Shown here: positions 39,600 to 48,959 of the stretch, piece after piece
Layout of the letters: each line of letters opens with the position of its first letter
How positions within the stretch are numbered: the first letter of the stretch is position 1
From: Myxococcota bacterium
Lineage (GTDB): Bacteria; Myxococcota_A; SURF-8
NCBI GenBank assembly: GCA_965140415.1
Contig: OZ223209.1
Location: 1,536,001 to 1,600,000 of the forward strand
Direction: 5' to 3'
Length of the DNA: 64,000 bases
The notes under the pieces: generated by a model
What the model was told of the DNA's origin: nothing
What the model saw: the letters and a program-made list of their open reading frames with translations, nothing else
Database searches by the model: none
Position numbers and translations under genes: made by a program

Positions 39600-39631
39600 A
39601 TCGGGTAGGACTCGAAAGAGTCCTACCCGAT
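39600..39631 (+). terminator. Strong hairpin (probable terminator/stabiliser) after MCP
   Basis: ATCGGGTAGGACTC-GAAA-GAGTCCTACCCGAT perfect 14-bp stem; weak U-tract. Confidence 0.7.
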
Positions 39632-39665
39632 TCGTTTATGCGCAAAAATAGAAATATTATCCGGA

Positions 39666-41408
39666 ATGGAGCCGAACATGTGTGTGCCGGAAAAACAACC
39701 TGAATTTGTGCAGAGCAAGAAACAGCACACTGCCATTGATGACAATTGTGATCGTGCAACCGATCGTTCCGGCGAGTTGACTGCTACTATGGAAACGAAT
39801 ACGAACGAGACCGAATCTGTTCCCACAGTTGAGAATATTCAAGCGATTGGCCTGGAAATTTTGGATTTCGTTCCCGAACCGATCCTTGCTGTCGATCGCG
39901 ATCATCGAGTGATTGCATGGAATCAAATGATGATGGAATTAACGGGAATTGAAAGTAAGGATATTCTGGGACGAGGGAACTTCGAATACGCTCTTCCTTT
40001 TTACAAAGTACGAAAATCGCTGTTGTTGGATCGCGTGCTGGATCGTTATTTGAGTGACGAATCGAGTACTGAAACGACGATGGCGGATGAGATCGAGAGT
40101 TTTACCGTTTCCGTTCCTGGTCTGGGAAGTTCTCCCCGCCAGGTTGAGGCAACGGCACGTGTTTTACGCGATGCGCAGGGGCGCGTGGCGGGAGCTGTTG
40201 AAGTTATTCGCGATGTAACGGAAAAAAAGCGTATCGAAAAGGAAAAAGAGCAGCTTCAAAATCATATGCTTCATTTCCATAAAATGGAAGCCATCGGTCG
40301 GCTGGCCGGTGGGGTTGCTCACGATTTCAATAATTTGATTACCGCGATTATGGGAAATATTTCGTTGGCTGGCGAGCTGATTGAGGACAATGAGGAATTG
40401 TCCGGTGTGTTGAAGGAAGTATACCGTGCTGCCGATAAAGCGGCGGCATTGACCAGGCAACTGCTTGCATTTTCACGTTCCAAATCGAATTCTCCATCCT
40501 TGCTGAATCTGAATGATGTCATTGAAAGTGGAGAAAATATCATCCACCATCTGATTGGAAAGAACATCACTCTACAAATCAAGCCGGGAAAGTCGATTAA
40601 ACCCGTATACATGGATCCTGTGCAGTTCGAACAGATTCTCGTGAATCTGGTCGTTAATGCCCGTGATGCGATGGAAAGCGGTGGAAAACTGATTGTTGCT
40701 TTAAAAGATGTCATTTTGGATGATGATTATTGTCAGGTTTGGCCGGATATGCAGGCTGGTGAGTATGTGTGTTTGACCGTTGAAGACAACGGTTGCGGTA
40801 TCGAGCCGGATGTGTTGGATAAAATATTTGATCCTTTCTTTACTACAAAAGCTGTGGATAAAGGTTCGGGGTTGGGACTCGCTACCGTTTATGGCATCGT
40901 CAAACAGAGCAGAGGTGCAATCACGGTGGAGTCGACGCCTTCCGTTGGAAGTACGTTCCGTGTGTTTTTTCCAACTTCCGATTCCATTCGTGAACTCAAG
41001 CCCGAATCGATCGGCAAGCCAGAAAAGCCAAGGGAATCCCAATGTGTTCTCCTGGTAGAGGACGATTCCATTATTCGACAGGTGGCGAAAACGATCCTGC
41101 AACGTATCGGTTATCGGGTGTATGAAGCCGGCGACGGCGATGAAGCGATCTATCAATGCCAAAGCATCAAAGAACGGATCGATCTGCTGCTGACCGACAT
41201 TGTCCTTCCGGAATGCAATGGTGTTGAGTTGGCTAAGCAACTGCTCGAGCAACGCCCGGAAATGAAGGTGATTTACACTTCAGGATACACGCACCAGATT
41301 GTTTGCCAGGAAGGTATGATACCCATTGATGCGCCGTTTCTCAGCAAGCCTTATTCAATGGAGAACCTTGCCGAGAAAATTCACCATGTTCTGAATCCTA
41401 TCCAATAA
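39666..41408 (+). CDS. PAS hybrid histidine kinase/response regulator (start uncertain)
   Basis: One PAS domain, AHDFNNLI, NARDAM, GSGLGL, receiver. Confidence 0.92.
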   Translation: MEPNMCVPEKQPEFVQSKKQHTAIDDNCDRATDRSGELTATMETNTNETESVPTVENIQAIGLEILDFVPEPILAVDRDHRVIAWNQMMMELTGIESKDILGRGNFEYALPFYKVRKSLLLDRVLDRYLSDESSTETTMADEIESFTVSVPGLGSSPRQVEATARVLRDAQGRVAGAVEVIRDVTEKKRIEKEKEQLQNHMLHFHKMEAIGRLAGGVAHDFNNLITAIMGNISLAGELIEDNEELSGVLKEVYRAADKAAALTRQLLAFSRSKSNSPSLLNLNDVIESGENIIHHLIGKNITLQIKPGKSIKPVYMDPVQFEQILVNLVVNARDAMESGGKLIVALKDVILDDDYCQVWPDMQAGEYVCLTVEDNGCGIEPDVLDKIFDPFFTTKAVDKGSGLGLATVYGIVKQSRGAITVESTPSVGSTFRVFFPTSDSIRELKPESIGKPEKPRESQCVLLVEDDSIIRQVAKTILQRIGYRVYEAGDGDEAIYQCQSIKERIDLLLTDIVLPECNGVELAKQLLEQRPEMKVIYTSGYTHQIVCQEGMIPIDAPFLSKPYSMENLAEKIHHVLNPIQ

Positions 41409-41609
41409 TTTGCCGATGCTGCGCTTTGGCGCACCTGTCGGCCACTGCTTGAACATTCAAAACTCCCATCCCCCAACTCTCCCTTTCCATGAAGGCGCAA
41501 ACCATAAGGTGATCGTGGAAAGGGAGGGCTCGCCAATTCAATCGGATTGATGAATTCCCTTGCCCCGGCGGATATGCTTGCCTAGGATAACCACAGTTGG
41601 AGGTATTCG

Positions 41610-43466
41610 ATGGCAACGGTCCGGGAAATTCTGCACGGTGCGCCTCATAAGCCGGGCGTGTACATGATGAAAAATGCTAGGGGACGTGTGTTCTATATCG
41701 GCAAAGCCAAAGATCTACACAACCGCATGCATCAGTATATTACGCCCAACAGCGATACCCGACCCTTTGTCCTGATCCTGGACCGCTTGCTCGCGGATGT
41801 GGAATTCTTCCTTACGACAAGTGAAAAAGAAGCGTTACTGTTAGAGAACATTCTAATCAAGAAACATCGTCCGCAATACAACGTTCGCATCAAAGACGAC
41901 ACCAACTTCTTCTCCCTGCGACTCGATCTGCACCAGGATTTTCCCCGTCTGCAAGTGGTTCGCAAACGGAAAAAGGACGGTGCGCTTTACTTTGGTCCCT
42001 ATTCCGGAGCGGGCAAGGCAAGGGAGATGCTGCGTCTGGTCAACAAGCACTTTGCGCTGCGCGATTGCACCGAACGTGCGTTTCAAGCCGCCAAGCGGCC
42101 CTGTATGCGTTATCAGATGGGCCGTTGCAAGGGGCCTTGCTCCTTGCCGGTTGAAGCAAAGGATTATCATGAAGAAGTGCGCCGGGTGCGCATGTTTCTG
42201 GAAGGTAAAAAAGAGCTTTTGGTTCAGGAACTGGAACCGTTGATGCAACGGGCTTCGGAGAATATGGAATATGAACTGGCGGCGAAATACCGGGACCAGA
42301 TTCAGGCGGTCAGTGGATCTCTTGAAAAGCAGGTGATGGATCTGTCCAAGGATGTCGATTGGGATGTCATCGGTTGGTTGCGCAAAGGCGAAGTGGCGGT
42401 GTTTACGGTGGTAAAGGTGCGTCTGGGGCGCATGGTGGACCGCGTGAGTCAGCTCATCGATTGCCGGGCGCTTTCCGATACCGCTACCATCAGCGGTTTC
42501 TTGTCGCAATACTACGAAGACGTGTGGCCTTTGCCGCAGCGGATATTGCTTCCGCTATTGCCGGACAATCACGAGGGCGTTCAGGAGTGGCTGTCGGAGC
42601 GACGCGGCACACGCGTGAACCTGTCGCTTCCGGAGCGGGGAAAACCGGCTCGCTTATTGGGTATTGCCATGCAGAATGCGGCGCATGCCTTCGCCGAAAT
42701 GGCTAGCAAGAAAAGCGCGCGGGAAAAAGTGCTGTCGCGGCTCAAGCAGGCATTGAGTCTTAAGCGTTCCCCAGTGCGAATCGAATGCTACGACATTTCC
42801 AATATCCAGGGGAGGTTGGCGGTCGGTTCCATGGTTTGCTTTATCGAAGGCGAGGCGGCAGTGCGTGAGTACCGTCGCTACCGCATCAAGTTGACGGACG
42901 GTCCCGACGATTTCGCCATGATGCACGAGGTGCTTTCGCGTCGCATGGAACGAGGCATCAAGGAAGGCAATCTACCCGATCTGATTCTGGTTGATGGTGG
43001 CAAGGGGCAGCTCAATATGGCTTTAGCCGTGTTCGATGAATTGCAGGTGAAGGATGTTGAACTGGCATCACTGGCCAAGTCGCGTTTAAAGGAATCGGTG
43101 GGTGAAGGGCAAATCGCGGAGGAATTCGAGGGCAAGCTGCGCACTCCCGAGCGGGTGTTCCGGCCAGGCATCAAGAATCCCGTCGTATTGAAACCCGGTA
43201 CCGCCGAACTGAATCTGCTACAGCAACTTCGGGACGAGGCGCATCGTTTTGCCATTACCTACCATCGAAAGTTACGCAGCAAGCAGAACCTGCGTTCCGG
43301 TTTGCTCGATATCCCCGGTATCGGGCCGAAACGGGCACAGGCGCTGTTGCGTCATTTCGGTTCGCTAAAGCAGGTGAAGCTGGCTAAAGTAGAGGATATT
43401 GCCGCCGTCGATGGCTTCAACCGGACGATAGCCGAAGACATCCTCGCGTTTTTGAGTCGAAGCTGA
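41610..43466 (+). CDS. uvrC: Excinuclease ABC subunit C
   Basis: GIY-YIG (PGVY..YIGKA), Cys cluster, UVR domain, ECYDISN, DGGKGQ, RDEAHRFA, HhH. Confidence 0.97.
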   Translation: MATVREILHGAPHKPGVYMMKNARGRVFYIGKAKDLHNRMHQYITPNSDTRPFVLILDRLLADVEFFLTTSEKEALLLENILIKKHRPQYNVRIKDDTNFFSLRLDLHQDFPRLQVVRKRKKDGALYFGPYSGAGKAREMLRLVNKHFALRDCTERAFQAAKRPCMRYQMGRCKGPCSLPVEAKDYHEEVRRVRMFLEGKKELLVQELEPLMQRASENMEYELAAKYRDQIQAVSGSLEKQVMDLSKDVDWDVIGWLRKGEVAVFTVVKVRLGRMVDRVSQLIDCRALSDTATISGFLSQYYEDVWPLPQRILLPLLPDNHEGVQEWLSERRGTRVNLSLPERGKPARLLGIAMQNAAHAFAEMASKKSAREKVLSRLKQALSLKRSPVRIECYDISNIQGRLAVGSMVCFIEGEAAVREYRRYRIKLTDGPDDFAMMHEVLSRRMERGIKEGNLPDLILVDGGKGQLNMALAVFDELQVKDVELASLAKSRLKESVGEGQIAEEFEGKLRTPERVFRPGIKNPVVLKPGTAELNLLQQLRDEAHRFAITYHRKLRSKQNLRSGLLDIPGIGPKRAQALLRHFGSLKQVKLAKVEDIAAVDGFNRTIAEDILAFLSRS

Positions 43467-43550
43467 ATAAGTCGGGTTTGTAGCCTGAAAGCCTGGAATT
43501 TTCGAAAAGCTCACCATCAAGGAAGAAAAAAGCATCCGCCAATGCTCATC

Positions 43551-44648
43551 TTACCTGGAGCAGGTCTGCATGACGAAGCGCTCGAAATGCGTGTGACGTG
43601 GAGCCTGGCTGGAACGGATGGCGCGGTCACAGGTGTGCAAGTTGTTCAGAGCCTTGACTAGTGCCACTGTTGGGAAAGCAGAGGCTTGTTGTACGCGGAT
43701 CTTTGCTTTCCAGGGCGGGCCGGGATATTCGCTCAGTAGGGCTTGGGCTCGCAAACCCTGATCGAGTTTCTGGCGCAGTTGCGCCAACTCCTGCAACACG
43801 CGATACAGCGCCCCCAAAAGCAGCAGGTCGTCCTCCGGTTTGCTGTTTTCCATCAGTTTGGTCATGATGCGCAGGGATGGGCCGAGTTGCCTGGCTGCGA
43901 TGGCGTCCTGCAATTTCCAGATGTCTTCCACGCGCGAACTGGTGATGCATTTCTCGACGTCGCCGCATCCGATGGCGTTGCCTTCACCCACGAATAACGC
44001 GAGTTTATCGATGGCCTGTAGCAACTCGTTCAAGTCCAGGCCCATGTATTCCATCAACATGCTGATGGCGCGTTCCTCGATTTTGACTTTTCGGCGCTTT
44101 AGTTCCAGCTTCAATACCGGCAGGGCTTCGCGATCTCTGGTGAAGGGTGCAAAGCGCGCCATGGCGGCGTGAGTAAGCAGCGACTGCTTGGCCGCCTCGC
44201 CGCCTTTGTTGCGGGTGGGCAGGTGAACGCCGATGAAGACCAGGCAGGTGGTCGGGCTGGGGTTGGCCAGGTAACGTTCGGCCACACGCCACTGTTCGGC
44301 GTTGAACTCGTGCGCGTCCTTCACCACTACCAGTCTTTTGGGGCGCATCATCGGGTAGGTCTCGGCGATCTCGATCACGCTTTTCATATCGGCTTCGGGC
44401 GCGGTAAAGCCCGAGTAATTCATGTCGCGCAGGTTGCCATCGACAACGATACGTCGTATCTCGTGAAGCACTTTATCCAGCAGATAATCATTGAAGGGAT
44501 TGACCTTTTTCTTGTCCGCGCCGCGCGGCGGTTGATCCGAGGCGTGGAGATAATAAACGGGCTTGATCTCGTCTTTTAAAAGCGAGGCGAGCAGGTCTTC
44601 CGGTTTAAGCCGGTTTTTCGCCCGGCTGCGTGGTTTTGCTGTGGCCAT
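43551..44648 (-). CDS. holA: DNA polymerase III delta subunit
   Basis: KPVYYL, AETYPMM..KRLVVV, IDKLALF, IWKLQDAI; TAATG-coupled to lptE. Confidence 0.85.
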   Translation of the reverse strand: MATAKPRSRAKNRLKPEDLLASLLKDEIKPVYYLHASDQPPRGADKKKVNPFNDYLLDKVLHEIRRIVVDGNLRDMNYSGFTAPEADMKSVIEIAETYPMMRPKRLVVVKDAHEFNAEQWRVAERYLANPSPTTCLVFIGVHLPTRNKGGEAAKQSLLTHAAMARFAPFTRDREALPVLKLELKRRKVKIEERAISMLMEYMGLDLNELLQAIDKLALFVGEGNAIGCGDVEKCITSSRVEDIWKLQDAIAARQLGPSLRIMTKLMENSKPEDDLLLLGALYRVLQELAQLRQKLDQGLRAQALLSEYPGPPWKAKIRVQQASAFPTVALVKALNNLHTCDRAIRSSQAPRHTHFERFVMQTCSR

Positions 44649-45193
44649 TAAAAGGACTCCGCTAGTTCATGATAGGCGCGTTGCATCATGCGCCCGGCTA
44701 GTTGTTGTAGCGCCGTTTCTCGCCCGGCATCCATGCGCAACAGGCTGGCTGAGCCGGGGTAGTCGATACTATCACGCATGGAGTAACTCCACAAGACAGC
44801 CCCGGCGGCATCGGCCAGCTTCAAGTCGATGGCCACTTCCACCTCGGCGATGCCGACTCGTTGCCCCTGCTCGGAAAGGCTCACCGCGATATTCTGCGAC
44901 ACCGACACGATGCGTCCCTGTAGCTGGTATTCGGCTCGATCCTTTGTGACGAGATCGAAGCTGCCGCGACCGGAAAAGGCTTGCCGCGCTTGCTGCGTAA
45001 AAGCGGTTTCCGCTGCGAACTCGTGAGTATCATTCACGAAAACCGCAATAAACAGCCTTGTTCCTGGCTTGGCCCATTCGGAGCGCGTTTCCCCGAAGCG
45101 ATAGCCGCAACCGGCAGTCGTCAGAAGAAGCAGCAGCAGACCCAGCAGCAGGGCGGGGGGCGTGATCGAATTGTAGCCGCATCGTCGTGTCAT
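44648..45193 (-). CDS. lptE: LPS-assembly lipoprotein LptE family
   Basis: Lipobox TAGC followed by GYRF; FVNDT; synteny with holA; start placed at ATG 45193. Confidence 0.8.
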   Translation of the reverse strand: MTRRCGYNSITPPALLLGLLLLLLTTAGCGYRFGETRSEWAKPGTRLFIAVFVNDTHEFAAETAFTQQARQAFSGRGSFDLVTKDRAEYQLQGRIVSVSQNIAVSLSEQGQRVGIAEVEVAIDLKLADAAGAVLWSYSMRDSIDYPGSASLLRMDAGRETALQQLAGRMMQRAYHELAESF

Positions 45194-45316
45194 GGACCGG
45201 GAAGGTAGCAGGGAAGGGCAGAGGCTGTCAACAGACAAACACGAATAGGTAGCTTCGGACATTTGGGAACGCATAAAAAGTTGAGAAGCGCTTTGCAACT
45301 GTGATACATCTCGCGT

Positions 45317-46693
45317 ATGAAAACGATTGCCCGAACATTCTGGAAGATGCTGTTTTGCGGTGTGCTGCTTGCTCTGTTGTTCGCCTGCGAGGGCCAACGG
45401 CAGGTCGAATTCGTTCAAACGGCTTCCATGCGTGAGGCCGTCGCTGCGGGCGGCTGGGAGCGCACGGCCAAGCGAATGAACGCGTTAATTCCCGCCTCTT
45501 TGTGGTTGGAGAATTCAGCCAAGTTGTATTTCGGTCGTACGGTAGAGGTGAACTGGCAGGCGCAGCGCGAGCGGGATGCCTGGCTGGTGGAAGCCTCCGC
45601 CAAATTGGAATCGATCCATTTGGAATGGGAATTCGCCGTCAATAAAGGGGAAAAGTCTCCTCGTCTGTTGGAAGCCGATGCCGTGCTGGCCTATCGGATG
45701 GAACGCCTGAAACTTGCCGATCACCCATTTACACCCGTTGCCCGCGTGCAACGGATCGAGCGCAGCGCCAACGGAGATTGGTACTTTAGTTGGGAAGGCT
45801 GTCTGATGAATCACGGTCTGCAACCCATCGAGCAGATCGAACTGCGCGCTTCGTTACTGGTCGACGGTCCCGACGGTCGCCTGGGAGCGGTGGGGCAGGC
45901 TCGCCACACCACCGCGCGCTCCGGCATCCCGAAAACCGTGCAGGCGGATGCCTTTTTCTGCACCACGCTGCGCAGCGGGCGCTTATCTTCCGGCGTGATC
46001 GGCGAAAAGCCGGAGCAGGTGTTGGGTGTGGTGGAGGCTCACTGGATCGATTCGGTGGGCTTGCAGCGCATCGGTCCCATCGTGTTGGAACCGCTAGCGT
46101 GGACTACGGAAACGGAGTATGAGCGCAAAGGCTATGCCATCGTCAACGGCGGCGAGTTGAAAGCCCTCGATTCGGAAAAGGTTCTTGCTACATTGCCTGT
46201 TCCAGCGTTGGTATCCTTGCAGCAACAGCGCGGCAGTCGCCTGCAAGTGCGTTCCACGGAGGGCATCGTCGGATTGATCGAGCAGGAACAGGTTCTTGCA
46301 GAGTATCCCCGCACGCGGGTGGACTTGGACCCGGCGGTCAAAGAGCAGATCCAGAAGCTGTTGACCTTGCTGCTGACCGATCGGGCGGAAGCAGCCACGG
46401 CGATGTTCGACGAGCGCACCCAGGCGGAGCGACATGGTGAGTTATTACGGGATCTGCACCGGCGAGTGGATGTTCCACCGGCTTTGGAAGTGCGCAAGGT
46501 GACCATTCATCCATTGAACGTGCAGCGAGTGTACGGTCTGGTCATGGTGGAATACTTTGCCTGGATCGAACTCGCGGACGGTAACTTGTGGCGCAGCTAC
46601 GATGTGCTGCTTTATACACACACCGCCAAGGGACCGCGCTTCACGCTTGCTCCCAGTAACGCCTCGCCGAAAGTCGAGAGCGAGTCTGATTGA
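45317..46693 (+). CDS. Hypothetical lipoprotein
   Basis: Lipobox LFAC; 458-aa ORF; possible SH3-like segment (LQVRSTEGIVGLIEQEQV). Confidence 0.7.
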   Translation: MKTIARTFWKMLFCGVLLALLFACEGQRQVEFVQTASMREAVAAGGWERTAKRMNALIPASLWLENSAKLYFGRTVEVNWQAQRERDAWLVEASAKLESIHLEWEFAVNKGEKSPRLLEADAVLAYRMERLKLADHPFTPVARVQRIERSANGDWYFSWEGCLMNHGLQPIEQIELRASLLVDGPDGRLGAVGQARHTTARSGIPKTVQADAFFCTTLRSGRLSSGVIGEKPEQVLGVVEAHWIDSVGLQRIGPIVLEPLAWTTETEYERKGYAIVNGGELKALDSEKVLATLPVPALVSLQQQRGSRLQVRSTEGIVGLIEQEQVLAEYPRTRVDLDPAVKEQIQKLLTLLLTDRAEAATAMFDERTQAERHGELLRDLHRRVDVPPALEVRKVTIHPLNVQRVYGLVMVEYFAWIELADGNLWRSYDVLLYTHTAKGPRFTLAPSNASPKVESESD

Positions 46694-46908
46694 TTCGCTA
46701 TTTCTATTTCAGCTGTAGCGACTGTTATCAAAATCAAGCGAATGTCGGTCGAGTGGCCATGGCAAAGGGTGGCACGTGGCCAAGCGGAATGGAATGGAGC
46801 TTGCCCGTGTTTATTATTTTGGAGCATGAGCAACATGCGGTTCGCCCATGATTCCACCCACCTGCGGACCTACCAGAGTTCGATGAACAGAAATAAATAA
46901 TATCTGCT

Positions 46909-48129
46909 CTATTTCAGCATCAAGTCGGTCGGGTTGATCAACTGCGTACGATGTGCCTCGACGGTTTGATAGCTTTGCTCTTCCGGTGTTTTCGCCATCA
47001 CACGTACCAGGATTGAATAATACTCTTTCGGATCGATCTTGATTCCGGCGAAACTGGCCGTCCCACTTGTAAATCCGCCGGGCAGCAGGTGAATTTTTTC
47101 CTCTTTGGTGTCTACAACTCGCTGGTCGCCTTCGATCAGAGAAATGTCCAGGCGCACGTCGGCGCGTCCGTAAGGCAGCCCGGAAAGTCGGTAACGCAAA
47201 CGAGGTTGACCGTTGATCCATTCGCCAACCCAGAACACGAGGCGCGGCACGTCGGTCAAGGTGGTGCGATCCACCTGATTCTTCGTCATTTCCGCAAATT
47301 CAAGACGGGCTTCCTCGCCCAGCGAATCGATATACTGGTTCAAGGCCACATAAGCGGTTGCGCCCGGATGCTTGGGGGATTTTTCCAGCACCTGCTGCAT
47401 GGTCAAAGCGGCGGCGTCTTTCTCTCCCCGTTGTTCCTGTGCAAGCCCCTTGAAATACAAGGCTTTAATGAACATCGGATCTTTTTCCAACGCCTGGTTG
47501 TAGAGTTGAATCGCTCCCTTGTAATCGTGATCGAAACCGGCCAATGCCGCGCCCTGGATGAACAGCAGACCCACGCTGTCGGGGTTCAGTTTTTTGACCT
47601 CTTCGATCTCCTTCTGCATGGCTTCCCGGTCGCCCATCACCCGGTAATAGTCGGCCATCACGCGGTGACCGATGTAGGTGTCCGGATTGTAGCGGACGAT
47701 CACCCCGCCTAATAGACGAGCGCTTTCGGTGACTTCGCCAAGCTGGTTGGTGCGCAGATCCAGTAATTGCAGCACATTCATCCGTTCCGATTGCTGATCG
47801 GCCAGTTCCGCCGCGATCAGTTTCAGGCGTAACAAGTCGATTTCACTGCGCAATTGTTCTGTCCAGGCCACATAAAGCTGCGCCAGCCAACCGGCGGTAT
47901 GTACGTCGTCACGATCTTTCAAGCGCAGCATTAAAAAATGAACTTCCGCCTGTTCGAACTCGCGAAAGTCATCCAGTCGCAACATACGTTCGGCGGTTTT
48001 CAGGTTTCCGCCGTATTCGGAGGTGTTCAGGATATCCCGCGCTCGGGCTTCTTGCTGCGTATCGCAGGCGCTAAGTAGGCCAATGGAAACCAGCAAAGCG
48101 GCAAAGATGGCCAGGGTTCGTAAAGTCAT
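46909..48129 (-). CDS. TPR-repeat lipoprotein
   Basis: GAGGAGG RBS before ATG 48129; lipobox LSAC; TPR-like repeats (AIQLYNQALEKDP..ALYFKGLA). Confidence 0.8.
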   Translation of the reverse strand: MTLRTLAIFAALLVSIGLLSACDTQQEARARDILNTSEYGGNLKTAERMLRLDDFREFEQAEVHFLMLRLKDRDDVHTAGWLAQLYVAWTEQLRSEIDLLRLKLIAAELADQQSERMNVLQLLDLRTNQLGEVTESARLLGGVIVRYNPDTYIGHRVMADYYRVMGDREAMQKEIEEVKKLNPDSVGLLFIQGAALAGFDHDYKGAIQLYNQALEKDPMFIKALYFKGLAQEQRGEKDAAALTMQQVLEKSPKHPGATAYVALNQYIDSLGEEARLEFAEMTKNQVDRTTLTDVPRLVFWVGEWINGQPRLRYRLSGLPYGRADVRLDISLIEGDQRVVDTKEEKIHLLPGGFTSGTASFAGIKIDPKEYYSILVRVMAKTPEEQSYQTVEAHRTQLINPTDLMLK

Positions 48130-48290
48130 GGTCCGGTTCCTCCTCACGTTGTCGTACCAAACATTCCGGTTCCTTATAGGCAATCGTAACGAATCTACTG
48201 GAATGATGAAAGCATTTGTTGCAAGATAGTTGAAAATGGTAGGCTTGGCAAAAAAGAAATTCGGGGCTATCGAAGCTGGAAGGAGTCGTC

Positions 48291-48959
48291 GTGCCGCTAC
48301 CGAAGCAAGCATATGTCACAGAGGAAACACTGACGGAGTCGGCCCATGCGTGGTTGGAGCGCGTGCGGGAGCGAACCGGTCGACGTCCCAAACCGCTGCC
48401 GGAAGGGAACTCGGCGCTGTTGCTGATTGACATGCAACGCTTTTTTCTCGATCCGGAATCGCGGGCTTTCGTTCCGGCTTCGCAGGCGATTCGGCAACGG
48501 CTTGTGCTGGCCATCCAATGGGCGCGACAGGCGGGAATTCCGGTTGCCGCAACACGCCACGGTCACGAAGAAGGGGCGAATCTCTTTCCCATGGATCATC
48601 TGTGGCGTCAGCCCCTGATGGCCTCCGATGAGTGGGCTGATATAGATAAACAGTTGATATCGGAAGATATTCCGGTGTTCGATAAGCAGAGCTATTCCGC
48701 TTTTCAATCTCGGGAATTACTTGGCTGGTTGCAGTCGCAGCAGGTGCGCAAGCTGTTTCTAGCCGGAGTGACCAGCCATTTGTGCGTGGAAAGCACGGCG
48801 CGTGACGCGGTTTGCCATGGGCTGTTTCCGATCATGCTGGCGGATGCCTGCGCGGCCTGGACCGAGCGGCAGCAGCTGCGGGCGCTGGAAGCTGTGGAAG
48901 ATGGAATCGGGAAAACGATGTTGCTGGAAGATCTGTTAGCTGGAGACGTGAGACCATGA
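48291..48959 (+). CDS. Isochorismatase-family cysteine hydrolase
   Basis: LLLIDMQ..F, KQSYSAF, HLCVESTARDA (Asp-Lys-Cys triad). Confidence 0.9.
   Translation: MPLPKQAYVTEETLTESAHAWLERVRERTGRRPKPLPEGNSALLLIDMQRFFLDPESRAFVPASQAIRQRLVLAIQWARQAGIPVAATRHGHEEGANLFPMDHLWRQPLMASDEWADIDKQLISEDIPVFDKQSYSAFQSRELLGWLQSQQVRKLFLAGVTSHLCVESTARDAVCHGLFPIMLADACAAWTERQQLRALEAVEDGIGKTMLLEDLLAGDVRP

Noticed and set aside
41491-41512. GCGCAAACC resembling a c-di-GMP-I riboswitch
   Set aside because: No P2 GNRA stem or P3 architecture found
46770-46786. TGGCACG sigma54-like site
   Set aside because: GG-to-GC spacing is 11 rather than 10 and it lies between convergent genes
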